DNA of 53,571 bases, filler included, from Squatina squatina (taxonomy: Eukaryota): NCBI GenBank assembly GCA_031763465.1. It is 3 parts of 2 records of this genome, joined end to end, with 100 filler letters (N's around TTAATTAATTAA, not from the genome) between each part and the next. Parts side by side here need not be neighbours in the genome. Positions count along the whole stretch, not along the records: positions 15,102 to 31,615 come from JARFOE010000001.1; positions 31,716 to 53,571 come from JARFOE010000192.1; 1 more part is not named here. One strand, written 5' to 3'. Under the pieces are notes generated by a model, which searched no databases, was not told where the DNA came from, and saw only the letters and a list, made by a program, of their open reading frames with translations. How positions within the stretch are numbered: the first letter of the stretch is position 1; each line of letters begins with the position of its first letter. The position numbers and the translations under genes were made by a program. Below are positions 25,447 through 37,629 of the stretch, piece by piece.

Positions 25447-25730
25447 CTCCAGAGGAATGGAAAGCACGAGTAGCTTATGTCCCCCCACTTCCAAGCAGTT
25501 ACTCTTCTGTTGCCACTTTCCATGTCAGAAGACCATCTAGCATAACATCCTCAATCAAAACTATAGCATCCATTCCAGCACCTACCATCCAAGGGAGTTC
25601 AATGTACAAAGAGCCACTAAGTTATCAGCGATCCCTGACTGACTCTGACATGTCCACTGGGGCATACTCTGAACATGGAACTTCAGGAAAGCATGAAACC
25701 AAAAAAGAAAAGGAAAAGCTTGACGTGTGA
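25447..25730 (+). CDS. synpo2: Synaptopodin-2 alternative terminal exon, 3' part (5' part in gap)
   Basis: The frame emerging from the gap reads PEEWKARVAYVPP..., similar to PEDWNERLSYIP of the long SYNPO2 isoform as I recall it. Stop TGA at 25728-25730. It lies between the large synpo2 exon and myoz2. Confidence 0.75.
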
Positions 25731-27356
25731 TTTATCGGGTGTTTCCTCATGTTGAAGATTACAGTATGGTTTGTGTTGACAGGAAAAGTGAACTCAGTCT
25801 TAAAAAGAATCGGATAAGAACAAGTGATGTGTGGAATATTGTTAGTTAAAGGTCCATTTTCTGGTGGATATCACCTTTCGTATTGAGTTTCCATTGTATT
25901 TTGCAGCACCTAAAATGTTTTTGTACACACATTTCAGCAAAATGTTCAATTACAAACTGTTAAACAATATACATGAGTGAAGACCATCATAGTAAACACA
26001 AAGCATTTGCATACAAAGAGTATGCAGTTTGCATACATTCAGTATACTGCACCAATAACTTCATGGTATTATTTCCGTACTGCTGTTGGCCTTAGGGACA
26101 AAATAATAGAACTTTGGGGGAAATTGGAACAAGATTAAGTAGTTATAAAGGCGGGTGCTTATTAAATTGCACAATTCATATTTTACATTTCACAATTCGC
26201 AGCATTAGAGGATTTCTTGGCCAATACAATGCATACATAGAACTAGCTGTCTTGGGAGTGTGTTACAATGCTGAAACAGATCTGAAGGATTGTGATGAGA
26301 CTAGTAGATGAAATACAGAACCGTGTTCCAGACAGAGGCCAAGGGACAATGACAAATGTCATAAACCAGGACAACAAATTTGAGATTGTTGTTATGGCAT
26401 TGTACACTCTGACTGACAAGATGTGCTTTTCTTTTACATGATGAATTATTTGCATAATGTTCCCATCCCCTATTTGTGGCCTTCTCCATCCAATGCAACA
26501 TTTACATCACACACTGGGAAGGAAAGCAAGATATCCTTTGCACTCCAAGGCAGGTAGTGATGTGATAAGAAAGCAATGTGTAACAGATTTTTCTTTAAAG
26601 CTGGGAAATGCACTCTGTTATATTGACATATTATGGATGTAGGACATTGTAAACAACAGCAATGTCTGAGGACTTTTCTGGAGGATAAATAAACAACAGA
26701 CCGTGGCAATAAATGGTACAGATACATGAGATTTAATCCGCTTGACAAACGGGAATGTTGAATTACTCATTAGAAGCATAAGTGTTTGTCCCAATAAAAA
26801 ACTTTGCTTACTATGTTAGGCACAAACTACATTATTACAGTGTTGATTATGAAAAATATAAATAAAAGGAAATATATTTACATAATTGCATTACCGAGAC
26901 TGTTCAGCTACATTACAGCCATCCAAAATGCACTATGCATTTTTTTAGAAAAGCCCAAGAGAATGCTTATGCTTGACCACAAGAAACCTTTTAAACTATA
27001 CTCTTAAGTCCTACAAATATGCATTTTTCTTGAAAGTTATTTTGAAACAGAACCAATAGTGAACACGTGAATCAAATGAGATTGATGGAAATTGTACTGG
27101 ATAATGTATATCATTAGGACGTCTAAGAATTACTTGGGAAGCATTTGCAATGTTTACTTTTTGACCAGGCTTTATTTCTCAACTGGGGAAAGTGAACAAT
27201 CAGTGAATTGGCAGGGTTATTGTGGGTTACAGTATGTGTAATATGTTTTGAGATGCGAATCCAGGATTAAGGAGGGAGATGGAATTTTTTTGAATTGTTA
27301 TGCTCACTTGCTAACATGTAGAAAAAAAGACCAGTGCCGCGTAATATTTACTAAGC

Positions 27357-27555
27357 AAACAGTGCTTAACATTATGGAAATCTGAAATATACATTCGGTC
27401 CATCAACATCTGAGAAGAAAAAATCCATGTTGTGAGTCGTGATCCTTTGTGAGAACTCAAGTATTAGTTCTGATACACTCAAAAGCAAACCTGTCTCTTT
27501 TTGCAGATGCTGATAGATGTGCTGTGTATTTTCAGTATTCTCTGTTTTTATTTTA
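27357..27555. repeat. Degenerate fold-back repeat of the aaacagaaaatgctggaaatac...cagatgctg...tctgttttt type (Penelope-associated, by recall)
   Basis: Right arm cagatgctgatagatgtgctgtgtattttcagtattctctgttttt is partly complementary to left arm aaacagtg...gaaatatacattcggtccatcaacatctg. Confidence 0.55.
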
Positions 27556-28762
27556 GTACTTAAAAATAAATTGTTTTGCTAAAATATCAATTATTGTGTC
27601 TTACCCTGCAGTACATTGCTTTGTTTTGGGCTTAATCGAAAATTNNNNNNNNNNNNNNNNNNNNNNNNNNNNNNNNNNNNNNNNNNNNNNNNNNNNNNNN
27701 NNNNNNNNNNNNNNNNNNNNNNNNNNNNNNNNNNNNNNNNNNNNAAAACAATTGTGTTTTGTAACAAAATTTGGAGATATGAAGAGCAAGTCCAGAATTG
27801 CCAGACGAGGCATGCTCTTACCTCCTCTCCACTATACTGTTTTAAGCAGTTAAGAAAGTGGACACTGTTTGAAAGCCAGAATGACAGAATTTCAAAATCT
27901 TCATTGTGATTCTGCGAAACAAGGCAAAATTTGAAAGAATGAATGTTAACAATACATTTTTCTCCTTAACTGGAAAAAAGAAAAAGTTAATTTTTCATAT
28001 TAAAAATAATCACAGGAAAATGTAACCTAGTTTTGGTGTACCGATAGTATCCATAAACCGTAGCTGAATCAAAATTTCTGGTGTTATCTAAACTTCAAGT
28101 GTGGTATGGCGCTGTTTTGGACGGCAGCTATTTTCTATATCAAATATTCATAAGTTCGAAAAATTCGTATCATCATTTCATAAAAACACAAGATTCTTTA
28201 CATGAAATCGCTCGCATCTTAAAGTTCATTAAAAAGTAGTAAATGTTTTATTAAAGACACCTTCACTTCGAGAGGTTTTCATACCTTAGTGACGTCTTTG
28301 ATACCATTGAGCAGGGCGTTCATCAGGGATTTCAGCATTTCAGCATCATTAAAAATCTCAAAATAAAAGCGTTCTGAAACATTTTATGTAAGAAAGTTTA
28401 TGTAAACTTCCAACACTTGTAGAGGATTAAAAAGTCTGCCAGCTACTGCAAATTCAATCACAATCAAATCAATGTGACTAATCCATAAATGCTCGTAAGT
28501 GTTTTATAAAGCATTAAAGCATCACGCCCACTGAGAATGTGCACAGTTTTATAATCCAAATAATGATCTCCTTACCAACACTCCAAGTGAATGAAGCACA
28601 TCAGAGAGAAGTAACGTTCCATATCTTATTTTGATTTTTTTGCTGGTAAAGATTACTTTGCACAGATATACAAAAACAATAAGAAACAAGATATTTAGAA
28701 AATTTAAAGGTATTAAAAATGGAAAGTTTGCATTTGGAGTTATTGTTTGTGGTATGTTTCAG

Positions 28763-28929
28763 AGTTAGATGTGGACTATGGAAAAAAGATCAGCGTTCCC
28801 AAAGACATAATGCTGGAAGAGCTTTCCCTCCTTTCCAACAGAGGGGCCAGATTGTTTAAAAAGCGGCAAAGGAGATCTGAGAAATACACATTTGAGGGAT
28901 TCCAGAACTCTGTCAATTCACAAATGAAT
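28763..28929 (+). CDS. myoz2: Myozenin-2 (calsarcin-1) internal exon ([44 protein letters not shown]...QMN)
   Basis: Acceptor gtttcag|AG and donor AAT|gtatgt. Calsarcin-family signature; lies directly downstream of synpo2 as in other vertebrates. Confidence 0.93.
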
Positions 28930-30408
28930 GTATGTATTCACACAAAATCTCTAGTGGTTCTATAGTTAATATTAGATAAAGTGGAATCAAAACTTGTTGA
29001 TTTTTTAAAATCACAAAACCTGGTTCAATACCTCTGTTCTTTTTTTTGCATGATACATTGAATTNNNNNNNNNNNNNNNNNNNNNNNNNNNNNNNNNNNN
29101 NNNNNNNNNNNNNNNNNNNNNNNNNNNNNNNNNNNNNNNNNNNNNNNNNNNNNNNNNNNNNNNNNNNNNNNNNNNNNNNNNNNNNNNNNNNNNNNNNNNN
29201 NNNNNNNNNNNNNNNNNNNNNNNNNNNNNNNNNNNNNNNNNNNNNNNNNNNNNNNNNNNNNNNNNNNNNNNNNNNNNNNNNNNNNNNNNNNNNNNNNNNN
29301 NNNNNNNNNNNNNNNNNNNNNNNNNNNNNNNNNNNNNNNNNNNNNNNNNNNNNNNNNNNNNNNNNNNNNNNNNNNNNNNNNNNNNNNNNNNNNNNNNNNN
29401 NNNNNNNNNNNNNNNNNNNNNNNNNNNNNNNNNNNNNNNNNNNNNNNNNNNNNNNNNNNNNNNNNNNNNNNNNNNNNNNNNNNNNNNNNNNNNNNNNNNN
29501 NNNNNNNNNNNNNNNNNNNNNNNNNNNNNNNNNNNNNNNNNNNNNNNNNNNNNNNNNNNNNNNNNNNNNNNNNNNNNNNNNNNNNNNNNNNNNNNNNNNN
29601 NNNNNNNNNNNNNNNNNNNNNNNNNNNNNNNNNNNNNNNNNNNNNNNNNNNNNNNNNNNNNNNNNNNNNNNNNNNNNNNNNNNNNNNNNNNNNNNNNNNN
29701 NNNNNNNNNNNNNNNNNNNNNNNNNNNNNNNNNNNNNNNNNNNNNNNNNNNNNNNNNNNNNNNNNNNNNNNNNNNNNNNNNNNNNNNNNNNNNNNNNNNN
29801 NNNNNNNNNNNNNNNNNNNNNNNNNNNNNNNNNNNNNNNNNNNNNNNNNNNNNNNNNNNNNNNNNNNNNNNNNNNNNNNNNNNNNNNNNNNNNNNNNNNN
29901 NNNNNNNNNNNNNNNNNNNNNNNNNNNNNNNNNNNNNNNNNNNNNNNNNNNNNNNNNNNNNNNNNNNNNNNNNNNNNNNNNNNNNNNNNNNNNNNNNNNN
30001 NNNNNNNNNNNNNNNNNNNNNNNNNNNNNNNNNNNNNNNNNNNNNNNNNNNNNNNNNNNAAAGAGGGATATAATCCAATCATGACAAGTTAGTCTTGATT
30101 TTTAGCAATTGCTTTGAAAAGTGGTAATGAATATTGAGAAGAATCATTTCTTTCTCCAATTTCAGATATCTAGAATCATCTAGCATAAATTAATTTACCA
30201 AGATTTGGCAGAAAATAGCCGAAACAAAAGTAATTATTTCAATAATTGTAATGCATTTTATAATGTTTTTATCAGATTATCTCTATTAAATAAACACCAT
30301 TTATTTTTGATTTAATTAGAAATCAACTGAAAATATTCTCAACAAAAGATTAACCCATACTCAGTACACTATAACAAATGTACCCTAGTTTTGCTGAATC
30401 TTTTCCAG

Positions 30409-30562
30409 AGCTATATTCCTTCCATAACACATTGTGATGATGGAACAGAGAATTGCAAAAACATGAGAAATGAACTGCAAGGTGGGCAACAAAACACCCC
30501 TAAAACACCTCCAAATACTCCTGATCCAAGGACTCCACCAAATCCAGATTCTATTGCTCCAG
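30409..30562 (+). CDS. myoz2: Myozenin-2 next internal exon (...[22 protein letters not shown])
   Basis: Acceptor cttttccag|AGC (phase 0, compatible with the previous exon) and donor CCAG|gtaaga. [18 protein letters not shown] is typical of Myoz2. Confidence 0.93.
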
Positions 30563-31615
30563 GTAAGAGACATTATACTTTAGGCTACTCTACATATACT
30601 GTAGTTTTGGATTGTGGCTCAGTTACAGCATTTTAAATGTAAAAGATAGCTCTAAGAGCTGGGGAAGTTCATGCCTATTCATCCCCACCCATCTCACATA
30701 ATACGATGCTCAACCATTTGTCTTCCCATACCTGCTGTTATACTTACTATTCAACAAAAACACAGATGAAAAAGAAAATTTAACATTGGAAACCGTTGTT
30801 TTTCAAAAATCTCATCTACCACCATAACAAGGTGTTTTTCAACGTTTTATATATTCCTAGTGTCAGTGATACCAGTTAAATTATTATCTTATTATATTGA
30901 TCTAAGTTTTCTGACTTTAATGGCCATCAAACAATCTGTTGAGAACATTTTTAAAGTCACAGCAGTACATCCACATTATTCAAAGACTTTTCCAATTTAT
31001 CACATTTTTCCTCTGCATTTTTCTTCTATTTTATTCAGATTTCCCTTTATACATGCAAGTGAGAACATGTCAAATATAGAAACAACAACATTTTCAAGTT
31101 TTTCTTTGGGTTTTCACTTCTGTGCGTGTAAGATTACATTTTAATATTTAAATTTTACTGTTTACTTTCACATGGCTACGTTCTTCATTCTCTTTGCATC
31201 TTACTGCTATTATTCTTCTCCGACTTGTTTTTCTTTCGCTGTCACTGTATGTCTTCGGTTTTCTTTCTTTATCTGGTTCTCATTCTTGCTGCTAGTATTA
31301 ATTCTTTTCTTTCTACTGTTGCTTCTATCTTTCACATAGCCATAAACTGCTCTCAACAAAATACCTTGAAAAGGACTGATTCATTTCACACCCCATTAGG
31401 TCCACAGCTCTTACTGTAATGCTAACTTCTTTCACTTTGCTCTGGAATTCTTTGCCTATTTCCATTCTTTTAACTGGAGACCTGGCAAAATACAGGATTT
31501 CTCAGAGATGGGAGCACTGGACACAAAAATATACTGGGTTTGAAATTGCGATCGGAGGCTCCCTGCGTGCGGGTGCCTCTGATTGCAATTTCCCTAACGT
31601 ATAACGATGTATAGC

Positions 31616-31715
31616 NNNNNNNNNNNNNNNNNNNNNNNNNNNNNNNNNNNNNNNNNNNNTTAATTAATTAANNNNNNNNNNNNNNNNNNNNNNNNNNNNN
31701 NNNNNNNNNNNNNNN
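31616..31715. other. Artificial scaffold-joining linker
   Basis: 44 N + TTAATTAATTAA + 44 N. Confidence 0.97.
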
Positions 31716-31810
31716 TTACGTGTTAAATGAACTTAAGCTCGTAGTTTGGATTATTTAAAAAAAAAGTGAAATGCGAATGTAGGCCTCGTACTGTGAGCCT
31801 CCTACCTCAC

Positions 31811-31830
31811 CACACACACACACACACACA
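31811..31830. repeat. (CA)10 microsatellite
   Basis: Read directly. Confidence 0.95.
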
Positions 31831-34800
31831 ACCATGGTGACAACCTCAACAATAGACTGAAATAAGCCTGTTCTGGTGCCCCTCAGTTATTTTAAAGTAG
31901 GTCACCCTGAATGATATCAATTCCTTGTTAACCCAACGGCTTAATCTATGTTATATTTAAATAGTTGAATCTTTACTGAACTCTTCTACTGTGATCTCTG
32001 CCAAACGGGCCCATCTTAGAACGAGCTGACCGCATTGACATGAATTAAGTTTCTATATTGTTTGCTACACATTCCGTGTGTTATATCAAAGAGTGGAAAT
32101 ATTCCCGTTAATGATGTTGTTTCCTTAAAGCAGTGCCTCACTCCTCGCTGTCTCTGCTGCTGCGGTTGAGACGCAGTTTATGGTGACTCAGACGAAGGTC
32201 AAATGAGGAGAAGGATTAGAAACCGTTCACGTTCTTTTCTTGTAACCTCAGGGCAACTGGTGTGCTGTTAAATGACACGTCTCCCCATTTCCTCTGTCAT
32301 TTGAACGACATGCATTTTTTTCACTGAGCGCTATTGACGTGAACAGCAGTGGGCGTGAGCACCCGACTCTTCCGATGCAAAGTAATATTTTACTCGAACT
32401 GAACAAAAACCAGGATGCATCCGGCCACAGTTCGGCCATAAAATGACGTGAATTGGAAATCCCGTGCCTGACGAGGACAAGCTTCCCACTGCTACGGTTG
32501 TTACACAAAAACTAAATCAAACAGACGGAAGTTATGGCAGGACCGTCNNNNNNNNNNNNNNNNNNNNNNNNNNNNNNNNNNNNNNNNNNNNNNNNNNNNN
32601 NNNNNNNNNNNNNNNNNNNNNNNNNNNNNNNNNNNNNNNNNNNNNNNTTTTTGAATTAGTCTGAATTACATCTAAACCTAATGGGAGACTGATTGATACA
32701 AACACTGGTACTAAGGAAACATTGTTCTATTCCCTAAAGCTATTCTCTCACATCATTAAGTAAAACTTCACATTAAAAAATCTGAATAATCTATATCACA
32801 ATCACCATCTGTTTAACAATTCTGTAGTTGTAAAAACCATAGAACGGAGGCAACTAGAATTCACAAGTGAAAGCACTAATTACTTCCCAGTTACTCTCTT
32901 TACCAACAACAAGCAACACAAATTTAATTGTGAGATCATAAACGTTAGGCAGGATATGATGATATGTTAGTAAAACGTCTTTGTCAAATTTTCCCACGCA
33001 GAAAGGAGTCTAGAGGTTAAATCTGATGATCAGTAGTTGTACTTTCCCATGGTATTTACTCATTTGACATCAACGCAGGGAGAAAAACTGTGTGTTGTGC
33101 ATAAAATTTGGTAGGTGAATCCTGTGTCCCAGACAGCAATCCAAACTTTGAATACCCACACTGTTCAATGATCTGAAATTGTAGGATGGGAAATCTCTTC
33201 TTCCTGAGTTTTCTCACACAGACTATTTGAGAAGTCACAGTACACATTCTGCATCAATTAGATGAACATTTTCAGTACACAATAATACAGCCCAGTGCAA
33301 TCCCATTAAAAAAAGAAATTGTCTCCTGCAAATTTCCACTAAAGTACTGGTTTTACATGCTGACATTGGAGAGAATGAGACAGAATTGCTGAACAAAAAA
33401 AAACAGTTCACATCTCCAAATTTTTGGGATATCCAAATATGTTCTGGCCAAGACTCTGGATAACTAATAGGATACTGTGCTTAACATAAATATACTTGCA
33501 TTAGCAGGCTTCCTTTTACATCAGAGTTATGATTGAACAAGGAGTACAAAGTGATTAGTTGTCCCAATGAACTATGGGCCTATGGAGATGCATTCCATAC
33601 ATTGTACAATTTTATCCAAAATACTTTTTAAAAATCACTTGGAAACAACATACCTGACCCTGATTTTTAATCACAGTTGGTCTATCTAGCTATGATTGGT
33701 TATCCACTGGCAAAAGCACATTTGGCAAGGAAGGAAATTGTTGCTTGGCAGCTTAATATCACAGTGACCTTGACTGTCCCCAACCACAAAATTGTTTGTA
33801 AATCAGACTTCAGCAGTTTGGTTATGGTTTCTNNNNNNNNNNNNNNNNNNNNNNNNNNNNNNNNNNNNNNNNNNNNNNNNNNNNNNNNNNNNNNNNNNNN
33901 NNNNNNNNNNNNNNNNNNNNNNNNNNNNNNNNNNNNNNNNNNNNNNNNNNNNNNNNNNNNNNNNNNNNNNNNNNNNNNNNNNNNNNNNNNNNNNNNNNNN
34001 NNNNNNNNNNNNNNNNNNNNNNNNNNNNNNNNNNNNNNNNNNNNNNNNNNNNNNNNNNNNNNNNNNNNNNNNNNNNNNNNNNNNNNNNNNNNNNNNNNNN
34101 NNNNNNNNNNNNNNNNNNNNNNNNNNNNNNNNNNNNNNNNNNNNNNNNNNNNNNNNNNNNNNNNNNNNNNNNNNNNNNNNNNNNNNNNNNNNNNNNNNNN
34201 NNNNNNNNNNNNNNNNNNNNNNNNNNNNNNNNNNNNNNNNNNNNNNNNNNNNNNNNNNNNNNNNNNNNNNNNNNNNNNNNNNNNNNNNNNNNNNNNNNNN
34301 NNNNNNNNNNNNNNNNNNNNNNNNNNNNNNNNNNNNNNNNNNNNNNNNNNNNNNNNNNNNNNNNNNNNNNNNNNNNNNNNNNNNNNNNNNNNNNNNNNNN
34401 NNNNNNNNNNNNNNNNNNNNNNNNNNNNNNNNNNNNNNNNNNNNNNNNNNNNNNNNNNNNNNNNNNNNNNNNNNNNNNNNNNNNNNNNNNNNNNNNNNNN
34501 NNNNNNNNNNNNNNNNNNNNNNNNNNNNNNNNATGATCTGTCAAGACAAATCTTGACAGATCGCAAGTTCCGGATCTGCGGGCATGCTCAGTGCAGCCCG
34601 AGATTCTGAACTTGCAAGGTCCCCCCGGGTGCGTGGGAACATTGTAAGCACCCAGGGGATCGCAATTTCAGGATCTTTATTTTAAATACAGCCTAAGCAC
34701 CAAGCTGCCTTAAGGAGTGTGATTAAGCAGGCCTTGATTGCTCAGCACTCTTGGCCCAGATTTTATGGGCAAGCTAATGCTGTGTGGGCATGTCTTGCCT

Positions 34801-37488
34801 GAACTCGTGAAATTCAGCCTGGGACCAGTTTTGAATACAGTAAAACTCTAAATGAGACCCACACATGCCAGGAGTGTGGCTTCATTCCACCCACCAGAAT
34901 TGCCCATTGGAAAATTAGGTGTGCTAAGAAGCTTTTACGGGCTGGTGGCTCAGCGCCGCACAAACTTGGCACTTAAGTGGAACAAGTACAGTTATAATCT
35001 GCAAGGTGAAGAAGAAACTTGATTCAGACGAATAGATGGGATTGGGATAAACAGATTGTCTCCATGTGTTACTGCTGTTGTATTACTTCAAAATCCTCCC
35101 CTTCATTGAATTCACTGGTCCGACTTCTAGTGTGGCCCAAGTATCCAAGCAAAAGTCGGGTGATATGCCGTTTCAGTGTGCCCAGCTTGAAGTCTATTGA
35201 CACTGGATGTATTTTTGGGCTCAGCTCATAAGCATCACGTTGGGCAATGCCCAGCGAGATCACCGGCTCCTACTTAATGCTCACCTATTAGGTGGCAGTT
35301 AATTCATGTGTTGCCGAAGACCTTAAAGACCAGCAGCAGTTTAAAGGGATGCTTTTTAATGGTTGCTACTGTGGCAGAAGCTGTGGAATATATCTGGAGT
35401 ATTCTTGACAACAGCAGCGCTCCTCACTTTGAGGAGGCAGCAGCATGGAATCTTGCTGCGATAAGTGCAACAAAGAAGAGACCTCTTTCCCGCCTGCCAC
35501 CCACCCCCCCCACCCCCACCCAGATAGCCATTAAGTTTAATGAAGGGTGAGGTCTTGGCAAGAGGATGTTAATCAAGTGAATATCAGGAGCACTGCGCAG
35601 AGGAGATGGATTCAGTGTCAGAATATGTTTAATGACCTCACCAGACTGTACTGTANNNNNNNNNNNNNNNNNNNNNNNNNNNNNNNNNNNNNNNNNNNNN
35701 NNNNNNNNNNNNNNNNNNNNNNNNNNNNNNNNNNNNNNNNNNNNNNNNNNNNNNNGGTTAATGCTCAACTTATTCAATAATTAAAGCCCAGGGATGTTCT
35801 GGAAAGAGTGGCTCAAAGATAATTCTCTTCAATCAGCATGGATATAGACTGAGTGTAAATAAGTACCTCTTGCATTTAGAATATGTAATTTATTATATAG
35901 TAATTATCTTACAGCATGTTTATTAGCATGTATATATCATGCAATCACTGTCTAGTTTGAGATTTATGTGGTAGGAGTAATCTGGCTGAAATTTGCTCTT
36001 ACATTTTATTAAAGCATCAGAAATATTTACATTCATACTGCACCTAATACTGTTAAAATGTCTGTGTTTTGCTCAAAACTAAGTTAAACTTTCATTCAGC
36101 CTACTTAACCCCAGTAAAATAAAAGCTTACAGCAAAGGAAGATTTCCTCTCTGTGTATAACAGAATCGTAAACCTGTTAAAGGGGATGTTTACAATGTTG
36201 TTCCATATACTGCATAAAATAAATTGTCTGATATAACACACTGTTACTTCATCTCAACCTGCCAGCCCGTTGCAGCCAGCGGTGATCTCATTGACATGTG
36301 CAGCGACCCGTTTTTTCTCCAGAGCGGAAATTGGGTAGCTCCCTGTGAGGCTGCCGCAGGATGAAATGTATTAATAGGTATGATAGTGAGATTATTAATC
36401 TTTCTTTACAAGATGCACTATGGATAGAAGAGGAGTCAGACAGCAGCTGAATTCCTGTTATGATTTTTTAATCACAAAATTATAAAAATGTTCTAATAAA
36501 ACACAAATGGGATTTTGCTGACAATATTAGATCACTTTAATATTATGGTCTCTCCTGTCTACCTTTTGAATGTGTCCTGGCTGAAGAAATAACTATAAAT
36601 ACAATTTATTTTTAAAGAAGAAAAATTGCATNNNNNNNNNNNNNNNNNNNNNNNNNNNNNNNNNNNNNNNNNNNNNNNNNNNNNNNNNNNNNNNNNNNNN
36701 NNNNNNNNNNNNNNNNNNNNNNNNNNNNNNNTTAAAATAAATCACTTATGCCATGTGTGTATTGCATAAACCAAGCAATTATTTATGGATGACTTTATTC
36801 CTCTGTAGGTTGTAAAATTGATATCACATAATTGGGCCACCTGGCCTTAGGAGCATCACAATAATTCTTTCATTATTTAACTCTCAATTATTTTTCCTAC
36901 ATGTTCCCTGCACAGGATAAATAATTTCTAATTGTGGAGAAATTCTTGACAAGCACAACTGAAGTTGCTCAGACTGCAGAGCTCTGCACTCAGCACAGTC
37001 AAACATTATTCAGGATTTATTTTTCTTTAACCTAAACATAATTTGTGTTCCATTTATTCAGTACAGCTTGGTGATGGCGAACCACTCTCATGTACCACAT
37101 TCCTCACCCTTTGAATACTGATAGCTTAACATTACCATTTGTAAAATCATCTCTATCTTTATTGCACTCAAAAATAAATTTATAAAAGTTGCGCTAATTG
37201 TGAAGAGTTTGATAGTATTTTATTATACATTTGGGTCTGGATGAAAACTGACTCCATCATGTAGGCCATTAGCAGCTGTCTGAGAAAGGCATTAGTCATC
37301 TTAGCTCAGGCCAGATTTCAACTCAAGTTCCATGTCTCATTTTATTCCATACTTGGTACAATAATTGACATTGCAAATGATGTTTAACCTCACAACATGA
37401 TACATATGTCTTTTTTTTAAAGCACGGATCACAATTCTCCAAACTGAGCATTGCCGCATGCCACACCGCATTTATAAGTAAGGAAAAC

Positions 37489-37506
37489 AGTGACCTCTAG
37501 TGGTGA
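37489..37506 (-). promoter_or_regulatory. Candidate CTCF site
   Basis: Minus strand TCACCACTAGAGGTCACT is close to the CTCF core CCASYAGRKGGCRS. Motif match only. Confidence 0.6.
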
Positions 37507-37597
37507 CACCTTTATCAATTTTGCAAACTTGAACTGTTATAAAAAATATAATTATAAATTGGTGATAATTCTAAAATAAAGTATCAGTTTGTTTCAG

Positions 37598-37629
37598 CCC
37601 AGTTCACAGCAAGGCAAGAGATGGCAGTT
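37598..37629 (+). promoter_or_regulatory. Candidate CTCF site with upstream-motif-like CAGTTC
   Basis: CCCAGTTCAcagcaAGGCAAGAGATGGCAGTT; the core GCAAGAGATGGCAG is an imperfect match. Motif match only. Confidence 0.45.

Noticed and set aside
35069-35263. Minus-strand 64-aa ORF ending DFEVIQQQ* as a terminal exon
   Set aside because: No pyrimidine-rich acceptor and no recognisable homology; it lies among repeat-like GC-richer sequence.
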